Part shown: in pieces, positions 35,987 to 42,621 of the stretch
How positions within the stretch are numbered: the first letter of the stretch is position 1
Layout of the letters: every line of letters starts with the position of its first letter
Source: Alphaproteobacteria bacterium
GTDB taxonomy: Bacteria > Pseudomonadota > Alphaproteobacteria > Rs-D84
Assembly (NCBI GenBank): GCA_017513285.1
Contig: JAFXGD010000033.1
Coordinates: 1 to 42,621 of the forward strand
Length of the DNA stretch: 42,621 nucleotides
Direction of reading: 5' to 3'
Notes under the pieces: generated by a model
Told to the model about the DNA's origin: nothing
Database searches by the model: none
Seen by the model: only the letters and a program-made list of their open reading frames with translations
Made by a program: the position numbers and the translations under genes

Positions 35987-37504
35987 ATGAAGGCAAGGAA
36001 AAGTTTATTTTTGTCGGGCATTTTTGCGCCGTTTGTGGCATTTGCTGCGAACGAAGGTGTTCCTTCGTATTATCAAACATCTGCGGCGCCCACGGCCAAT
36101 CAAGTTGCATATGGCGAATATGCCAACCAAGGTTATACGAAATACGTCGGCAAATCCGGGGTAAAGCAGGTTGTCGGAACACGTACCCAAACGTATCAGG
36201 TTCCACGTGTTCAAAATGTTCCGGCCTATATGGGTGGCATGACGGCCAATGGTATTGCGATGCCCGCCGCGACTGAGCCTGCAACAACCATGTATGCGGG
36301 GTATGCGCGTCGTTTTGCAGACTTTGAATTTGAAACGGGTGTAAATTCCATATTGGAATGGGATGATATGGTATGGAATGAATTATATTTCGGCGCCCGT
36401 CATAATTTCAGTTTGCGTGACTTTGATTTATCTGTTTTTGGGGAATACAGATATGGCGACATGTCGCATGGCGGATTGGCCATGGACTATGATTTAAAGC
36501 CATTTGATAATTCTGACCCGACATATGGAATATTTACAATATCCGTAGGGGACCAGCGTGGGCGCAGCAATCATTTCCGTTTTGGTTTGTCGGCCCATCA
36601 TGTGTGGGATATTGGTGGATGGAAATTGTCACCAACATTGGGTTATGAAATATTTAAGCATAACTTGGAAATGTCCGACCATTATTATCCGAATCCCGGG
36701 ATTTATCTGCCTTTGATGACCAACGGCGGTGAATATGTGTTTGGGGACGAATTGGGGAATTATTATGCGGTTCCTGTTGGTACCGAAGCGCCATCTGATT
36801 GGTATCAGGTATGTATGTCACCCGAAGATATCAAAGTCGTCACAAACACCCCGACGGGCAGTTTGGATGGTTATTTAACGTTGGGTGATTCATTGATAAC
36901 CGGCGATTATGAAATTACAATGGGTACTGTGCCGTGGGGTGTCGGTGCGGGCGAATGTGTCATTATTGGTGGCGATGGGCCGGTTGTTGTTGGCGGCACT
37001 ACACATATCTATAACACAACCTGGTCTGGTTTTTATGTGGGGTTGGAAATTGAAAAGCAGGTCACATTAAAAGATAAACTGCGATTCTATATGCAATTTG
37101 GCATGCCGAAATATTCATCCGAAGGTATATGGCCAAACCGTACCGATTGGCAACAGAACCCCAGTTTCTTGGACGAAGGCGATAATGATGCCTACTCATA
37201 TTTGGCGGAAATGGAATATAATTACAAATTATCTGACCGTCTGCAGTTGTCATTAAAAGTTGATACCAACTTATTCCATGTTGGCAATATTCCCGGCGAA
37301 TTGTACATTGCGGAAACATCGCAATATGTCATAGATGAAAATGGCCAATACGTCATGGAAGAAATAATTGATGAATTTGGCAATATCTATTACGTTCCGT
37401 TATTGGAAACTGTTCCGGCCCATACCGAGCAGGTCAGTAATTCCCTAAAGCGTGCCACGTGGCAATCGTTTGGCTTGCACATCGGAATTAAATTCGCATT
37501 TTAA
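35987..37504 (+). CDS. Outer-membrane beta-barrel protein, omptin/Protochlamydia-OMP-like, with large acidic insertions
   Basis: Signal peptide MKARKSLFLSGIFAPFVAFA; SILEWDD, DYD, YNTTWSGFYVG, YSSEGIWPNRTD; C-terminal beta-signal GLHIGIKFAF. Start re-called at ATG 35987. Confidence 0.75.
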   Translation: MKARKSLFLSGIFAPFVAFAANEGVPSYYQTSAAPTANQVAYGEYANQGYTKYVGKSGVKQVVGTRTQTYQVPRVQNVPAYMGGMTANGIAMPAATEPATTMYAGYARRFADFEFETGVNSILEWDDMVWNELYFGARHNFSLRDFDLSVFGEYRYGDMSHGGLAMDYDLKPFDNSDPTYGIFTISVGDQRGRSNHFRFGLSAHHVWDIGGWKLSPTLGYEIFKHNLEMSDHYYPNPGIYLPLMTNGGEYVFGDELGNYYAVPVGTEAPSDWYQVCMSPEDIKVVTNTPTGSLDGYLTLGDSLITGDYEITMGTVPWGVGAGECVIIGGDGPVVVGGTTHIYNTTWSGFYVGLEIEKQVTLKDKLRFYMQFGMPKYSSEGIWPNRTDWQQNPSFLDEGDNDAYSYLAEMEYNYKLSDRLQLSLKVDTNLFHVGNIPGELYIAETSQYVIDENGQYVMEEIIDEFGNIYYVPLLETVPAHTEQVSNSLKRATWQSFGLHIGIKFAF

Positions 37505-37529
37505 TATAATGTATATCAAAGGGTGACTG

Positions 37530-38582
37530 ATGAATAAAATCGCATTTATGTGCTTGGCATGCGTGGCATTTGCATCGCCGTCAGTTGCGTCTACGGTATC
37601 TGGTTCTTTTGATTTGGACAGATGGTACGCAATTGTCGAAGGCGTTCGGTCACGTGCCACGTCGGAAAACATATCGCCGGAAATTACGGATGCGACATTA
37701 AAGTCTGTTGCATTGATACCTTCGATTTTAAAAAGTGATAAAAATCAGTCTGAATTCAAATTGACCTTGGACGGATATTTGCAACGTACAGTAAACCCCA
37801 CACGCATTTCGACCGGACGCCGCATGCGCAAAACATATCCAACTTTGTTGTCCCGGGTCGAATCACGCTTTGGCGTTCCGCCACATGTGATGTTGGCATT
37901 TTGGGGCATGGAATCGAATTATGGTGCTGTAAAGTCACGTCACAGATTAATAGATGCATTCTTTACACTTATGTACGATGGTCGCCGTGAAACATTTTTT
38001 ACAAACCAGTTATTGGCCCTGATGCGTATTGCGGATAAAAATAATTTGGACATAAACGGGATACATGGTTCTTGGGCGGGTGCCATGGGGCATTTTCAAT
38101 TTATTCCCACGACATTAAATCAATATGGCGTGGATGGCGACGGTGACAAACGTACAGATATTATTAATAATTTGCCCGATGCGATGTTCAGTGCGGGTAA
38201 CTATCTGAATAAACTGGGGTGGAACAAAAACGAAAGGATTGTTCGTCGTGTGGTTTTGCCATCTGATTTTGATATTTCGATGTTGGACGGGAAAACAAAA
38301 TTAACACTGCCCCAGTGGGCGGCATTGGGGGTGACCAATCCGGATGGTTCGCCGTTGCCGTCTATGGATATGACGGCGGGATTGGTTGCGGACGTTGCGC
38401 AAATTACACAAATGCGTGCCGATGCCGCCCAGCAATCAGCGTCGGCCATGGATACAGATATTGCCCCGATGCCGGTTATTAATGCATATTTAACCTATCC
38501 AAATTTTTATCGTATCAAGCGCTGGAATAATTCCAATTGGTATGCGATTGCGATTGCCGAATTGGCGGATGAATTACATTGA
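37530..38582 (+). CDS. Lytic murein transglycosylase (MltB/SLT_2 family)
   Basis: Signal peptide, QSEF, WGMESNYG (catalytic Glu), GSWAGAMGHFQFIPTT, EF-hand DGDGDKRTDI, WNNSNWYAIAI. Confidence 0.95.
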   Translation: MNKIAFMCLACVAFASPSVASTVSGSFDLDRWYAIVEGVRSRATSENISPEITDATLKSVALIPSILKSDKNQSEFKLTLDGYLQRTVNPTRISTGRRMRKTYPTLLSRVESRFGVPPHVMLAFWGMESNYGAVKSRHRLIDAFFTLMYDGRRETFFTNQLLALMRIADKNNLDINGIHGSWAGAMGHFQFIPTTLNQYGVDGDGDKRTDIINNLPDAMFSAGNYLNKLGWNKNERIVRRVVLPSDFDISMLDGKTKLTLPQWAALGVTNPDGSPLPSMDMTAGLVADVAQITQMRADAAQQSASAMDTDIAPMPVINAYLTYPNFYRIKRWNNSNWYAIAIAELADELH

Positions 38583-39461
38583 TTTGTGATTAATTCTTAT
38601 TATTTGAATTTTATTAAACAGATAAATTTTGGTGCATTTGCCATACGCTTTGATGGTGATTATTGGCATAAAGCCCAAGATTTTTATCGTCTTTGTTTTT
38701 CTGACGGGCTTATATTGCTGCAGTTGTTTCCATTCATCATAATAAATTGGGTATTTTTCACGTGCATATGCGACGATTGTTGGTGGCAAATCATACATTT
38801 TTTGCCATTGTCGGATGGTGGTATTGTTTCCGTCCCATACGTATTTCAACACCACATCGGGCAGGTTGTGAAAGAATGTGTGCGGTATTAAATCTATGAA
38901 CAACATTCTGTCTTCGCACGGTGAAAATTTTTCTGTATATCTGACCCCTGATGTGTCCAGTACGGATTTGCGTATCATGCATCCCGAATGCACAGGGTTG
39001 CAAACATATGTATCGTTTATCAGTGATAATTTAATATCGTGATCATGGATTGGTCGTTGTGCGGTTGGGTATTCTTTGCCATTTTTGATTTCGATGACAT
39101 TTCCGCCCACTGCGCCAATGTGTGGATTGTTGTCCAAGAAATCTGATTCTAACTTTAATCTGTCTGGCATGGATATATCATCGTGGTCTGCAATGGCCAA
39201 GTATTCTCCACGTGCCAAATCGATTAATTTATTGCGTGATTTTGTGATTCCCATATTGCAATCGTTTTTCATATACCTGATACGCTTGTCTGTATATGAC
39301 ATAACGATATTTTCCAATTCTGTGTTATTGGGGCTGTCATTTAATATTAAAAACTCAAAGTCCGTAAATGTTTGCGATAAAATGCTGTCTATCATCGCAC
39401 GCAGTGCATCTGGCTTGGTGTTATAAACAGGGGTCAGAACGGAAATTTTTGGTTTTTTCAT
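38574..39461 (-). CDS. Family 2 glycosyltransferase
   Basis: ISVLTPVYNT, SILSQTFTDFEFLILND, ARGEYLAIADHDD, CEDR. Confidence 0.95.
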   Translation of the reverse strand: MKKPKISVLTPVYNTKPDALRAMIDSILSQTFTDFEFLILNDSPNNTELENIVMSYTDKRIRYMKNDCNMGITKSRNKLIDLARGEYLAIADHDDISMPDRLKLESDFLDNNPHIGAVGGNVIEIKNGKEYPTAQRPIHDHDIKLSLINDTYVCNPVHSGCMIRKSVLDTSGVRYTEKFSPCEDRMLFIDLIPHTFFHNLPDVVLKYVWDGNNTTIRQWQKMYDLPPTIVAYAREKYPIYYDEWKQLQQYKPVRKTKTIKILGFMPIITIKAYGKCTKIYLFNKIQIIRINHKSM

Positions 39462-40672
39462 AATTTTTGCCTTGCTATAAATTCGATAATTTCATTCAGG
39501 TTTTCTGGTGGGTTAATTGTTTTTAATACCAATCCCTTGGCATAGTGTTTAACACGTTCTGCCGGCGCCCCCATGTCAAAGCATATAACCGGCAATCCCA
39601 TGGACATTGCTTCGGATGTGGTGTATGAAAAAGTTTCCGGCCACACAGATGGTATGAATACTGCATCAATTTTTTGTTTCTCCATAATACGTGGTAAATC
39701 ATCGGTTTTATATCGTCCATAAATCCGAATGTTTTTTGGTGCCGGGCGCATATTTCCGATGATAATTATATTTATGTTTTTATCAATATGTTGTGCCATT
39801 TCACGAATAACATTTGCGCCTTTTTGCCATGAAATATTACCCAATACCGCCAAATTAATTTTTTTGTGTTTGGGTATTTTCACATGGCGCAGATTTTGTG
39901 TTTCGTGTGGAATAACAACGATTTTGTTTTTTATATTTGGGTATGCCGTTACAAAGATGTCTTTGATTGCATCGGAAAATACGACAATTTCATCTGCAGA
40001 CTGTTCCAAAAAATTCCTCCAATTTTGCTGCCATATTTTTATACTGGTGGCGCCCGATTTCAAAGTTGCATTTGCGGTTGGATTTGTCGCCATAATTTTA
40101 CGTTTCCAACAATTTTCACATCCAGTTTTGTAATTTAATTTGCAATATGCGCCGTCACAGTTTATCAGATTAAAACTGGGGCATATTGATTGGAAATCAT
40201 GTCCACGCACAGAAATATGTGGGCGAATATATTGTGTGGCGGCGATATTTTTTATAATATGTAATATGTCCAACGCATTTGGATATCCGACCAAATTGTT
40301 AACAACGATTTTATCGATATTTATCTGGTGTGCGAATTGTTGAATATCTGTGGCTTGTGCGGTTGTGTACAGATGATTTTTATTTTGCACCCGTGTGATA
40401 TGGAATCTTTTGTTTCTGGGTCTGTATTGAATTCTTAATATTTCAAATTTGTTTTGTAATTTATTGAATTGTCGTTTGGAATAAGTTTCTGTCCCACCCC
40501 CCAACGCATGATCGAACCACAGTATATATGGCTTTTTATCGGTGTTATTGTTCAACAGCACATTCGGGTTATTTTGCCTGTCGAACCATCTGTGATACAG
40601 TGCGACCCGAAATCTTCGTCTGATACTGGGGATGGGAATCCATACGCATGCGATATTTATCCACCGGTTCAT
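39458..40672 (-). CDS. GT-B (family 4-like) glycosyltransferase
   Basis: DHALGGGTE, HDFQSICP, QKG, PSVWPETFSYTTSEAMSMGLPV, GAPAERV; ATGA-coupled to the GT2. Confidence 0.9.
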   Translation of the reverse strand: MNRWINIACVWIPIPSIRRRFRVALYHRWFDRQNNPNVLLNNNTDKKPYILWFDHALGGGTETYSKRQFNKLQNKFEILRIQYRPRNKRFHITRVQNKNHLYTTAQATDIQQFAHQINIDKIVVNNLVGYPNALDILHIIKNIAATQYIRPHISVRGHDFQSICPSFNLINCDGAYCKLNYKTGCENCWKRKIMATNPTANATLKSGATSIKIWQQNWRNFLEQSADEIVVFSDAIKDIFVTAYPNIKNKIVVIPHETQNLRHVKIPKHKKINLAVLGNISWQKGANVIREMAQHIDKNINIIIIGNMRPAPKNIRIYGRYKTDDLPRIMEKQKIDAVFIPSVWPETFSYTTSEAMSMGLPVICFDMGAPAERVKHYAKGLVLKTINPPENLNEIIEFIARQKL

Positions 40673-40786
40673 TTAACGTCCTGTTTGTTGCGGATTGTTT
40701 TGTTTGCGTTATTATACATTTATTCTCATATCTATGCATCAGGATAGATGTCCTAATCCCCGGCATACAGATAAATAATAAAAACG

Positions 40787-40815
40787 TTGAAAAAAGTGGG
40801 TGTGTTTGTTATTCT
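40787..40815 (+). promoter_or_regulatory. Putative olsB-olsA promoter
   Basis: TTGAAA-17nt-TATTCT. Confidence 0.45.
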
Positions 40816-40846
40816 GTGACATATATCATTTATCAAAGGATTATAT

Positions 40847-41800
40847 ATGGCTATTAAAATTCGTGATTTCGAAGTGCGTTTGACCCGCAACAAAGAAGAA
40901 CGTAAACAGGTACGACAGTTAAGATATTCTGTCTTTGTCGAAGAAGAGGGCGCATCCGCCACCGAAGAGCAGCGCGCCCTGGGTGAAGAATATGATTCTT
41001 ATGACAGATTTGCCGAATACATGGCTGTATTTCATAATGGTCGTGTTGTTGGTACATATCGTATTATTGACAGAAATGCTGCGGAAAAAATGGGCGGTTT
41101 TTATACGGAAACCGAATATAATTTATCCAAGATTAAAAAGTATCGTGGCAACATTGCGGAAATGTCCCGTGCATGTGTTGAAAAATCATATCGTGATAAT
41201 GCATTGGTGATGCGCATGTTGTGGGCGGGTCTTGGTGAATTTATTGTGCGCCGTAAAATTGGTATTGTATTTGGCGTTGCGTCATTTGTTGGGACAAAAC
41301 CTGCACGTTCTGCCCAGGCTATATCATATCTGTACTATAATCATTTAACGCCATTGAATTTGCGTGCGACGGTTTTGTCTGAAAATTTTGCAGATGGCAT
41401 TAATCCGAAATTATCACGCATGAATATTTTGCCCCGTGAATTTGTGGACGAAGCGGATGCAAAATCTGAAATGACCCCATTGATAAAAGGCTATCTGCGT
41501 TTGGGTGCAACCTTTGGTCGTGGTGTATTTGTGGATGCGCCCTTTAATTCATATGACGTATTTGTGATGTTGGAAACCCGCAAAATGAATGCTGTATATC
41601 AAAAGCATTTTCTGGGTCGTGAAAATGCGTTGGGCAATCCCGATGACAAAGAAAACATCATGAAGACCGTTGGGAAAATCATAACTTTCCCGGTTGTTGG
41701 TCCATTCAAAGTTGTGCGTGCATTTGTTGACTTTTTATTACGTGAAGATGCCGCCGATGCCGAATATATCGAAGATGAAGATAAAAGCGAAGAAGAATAG
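40847..41800 (+). CDS. olsB: Ornithine-lipid N-acyltransferase OlsB (GNAT family)
   Basis: LRYSVFVEE, VVGTYRI, GGFYTETEY, EMSRACV, LWAGL, FGVASF, PLIKGYLRLGA, DAPFNSYDVF. Confidence 0.88.
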   Translation: MAIKIRDFEVRLTRNKEERKQVRQLRYSVFVEEEGASATEEQRALGEEYDSYDRFAEYMAVFHNGRVVGTYRIIDRNAAEKMGGFYTETEYNLSKIKKYRGNIAEMSRACVEKSYRDNALVMRMLWAGLGEFIVRRKIGIVFGVASFVGTKPARSAQAISYLYYNHLTPLNLRATVLSENFADGINPKLSRMNILPREFVDEADAKSEMTPLIKGYLRLGATFGRGVFVDAPFNSYDVFVMLETRKMNAVYQKHFLGRENALGNPDDKENIMKTVGKIITFPVVGPFKVVRAFVDFLLREDAADAEYIEDEDKSEEE

Positions 41801-41802
41801 TC

Positions 41803-42621
41803 ATGGCAAAATTACGCAAACAAAACATTTTCAATACCACCACTGCGGCGATTAAGTTCGTGTTATTTTGGGTTATGGTTGTGATTCAATTACCCATATT
41901 GGTATTGTTGCCCCGTCGTGCGGCGGTACATTATATGCCTGTATTCATGTGGTTTTTAATCAAATTGGCGGGCATTAAAATTGTTGTGCATGGCAAATTG
42001 TCGGACCGTCGTCCTTTAATGGTTGTTGCCAATCACATATCTGTATTTGAATTGGCGACATTTCCATGCGTTTTCCGTGGCAGTTTTATTGCCAAGAAAG
42101 AAATGGAAAATTGGCCATTGGTCGGTTGGGTCGCCAAGAAATTTGGTGTAATTTTTGTAGATCGTCGTCCGTCGCATGCCCGTGATGCATTAGCGGTTGT
42201 TCAAAATGCGGTAAAAAATGTCACATATCCTATGATATTATTTCCCGAAGGCACAACCACAAATGGCGCCTATGTCAAACCGTTTAAAAGCACGTTGTTC
42301 AGTTTTGTTGAAAATTCCAACATAACGGTTCAGCCAATGGCAATGCACTATCGTTATCGTGATGGCAGTGTTATTGATGAACAAACGCTGGCCGACCATT
42401 TTGCATATTTTGACAATGCGAAAATGGACATGGGGCCACGCTGTAAAATCGAACGCAGTGCCTTTGGTCAAGTATTTCATATCATGATGTTGGGTGGATT
42501 TACGGTTGAAATAACCTTGTTGCCGCCCCCGTCTTTGGACGGTATGGACAGAAAGCAGATTGCCGAAACTCTGCAAAAAATCGTTTCGGACAAATACATG
42601 GAATTAAAAGACAAGAAATAA
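41803..42621 (+). CDS. olsA: PlsC-family acyltransferase, probable lyso-ornithine lipid O-acyltransferase OlsA
   Basis: NHIS, FIAKKE, FVDRR, LFPEGTT; directly downstream of olsB; TAA at the last three bases of the window. Confidence 0.8.
   Translation: MAKLRKQNIFNTTTAAIKFVLFWVMVVIQLPILVLLPRRAAVHYMPVFMWFLIKLAGIKIVVHGKLSDRRPLMVVANHISVFELATFPCVFRGSFIAKKEMENWPLVGWVAKKFGVIFVDRRPSHARDALAVVQNAVKNVTYPMILFPEGTTTNGAYVKPFKSTLFSFVENSNITVQPMAMHYRYRDGSVIDEQTLADHFAYFDNAKMDMGPRCKIERSAFGQVFHIMMLGGFTVEITLLPPPSLDGMDRKQIAETLQKIVSDKYMELKDKK

Noticed and set aside
37530-39461. Complete UGA-to-Trp recoding (translation table 4)
   Set aside because: No conserved gene has in-frame TGA; the transglycosylase TGA falls at the family's normal C-terminus and the GT4 TGA forms a standard ATGA coupling.
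40729-40772. Imperfect hairpin upstream of the glycosyltransferase pair (ops/JUMPstart-like element?)
   Set aside because: No GGCGGTAG core; pairing is weak and could be chance.
1-42621. CRISPR array, rRNA, IS elements, toxin-antitoxin or defence genes
   Set aside because: No regularly spaced 25-45 bp repeats, transposase, terminal inverted repeats or recognisable defence domains seen by eye.

Overview
Chromosomal core region of an Alphaproteobacterium. The gene order tRNA-Trp-secE-nusG-rplKAJL-rpoBC, the alpha-type L1, L10 and rpsA leaders and olsB-olsA support this. The compact intergenic spaces and eroded operons suggest a streamlined, probably host- or gut-associated lineage (inference). 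I support 38 complete protein genes, one partial gene at the left edge and one tRNA. Several are absent from the supplied ORF track: secE, rpmF, a virB10-like fragment and some small ORFs. No CRISPR array, rRNA, transposon or prophage was seen. Main observations: (1) An apparently leaderless, Trp-containing leader peptide with alternative hairpins sits upstream of trpS, and its single UGA stop is in frame with trpS. (2) tRNA-Trp(CCA) has an unpaired 27-43 position (4-bp anticodon stem) plus A24, both features linked elsewhere to UGA reading, and TGA stops are nearly absent in the window. (3) A chromosomal type IV secretion cluster has a VirB9 fused by a long linker to a C-terminal SPOR-like peptidoglycan-binding domain. 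(4) mraZ is an orphan with 10-bp-periodic boxes over its promoter, back-to-back with an unknown 113-aa protein that has a structured leader and a ClpXP-type C-terminal degron. All calls are by eye; no searches or folding programs were run.
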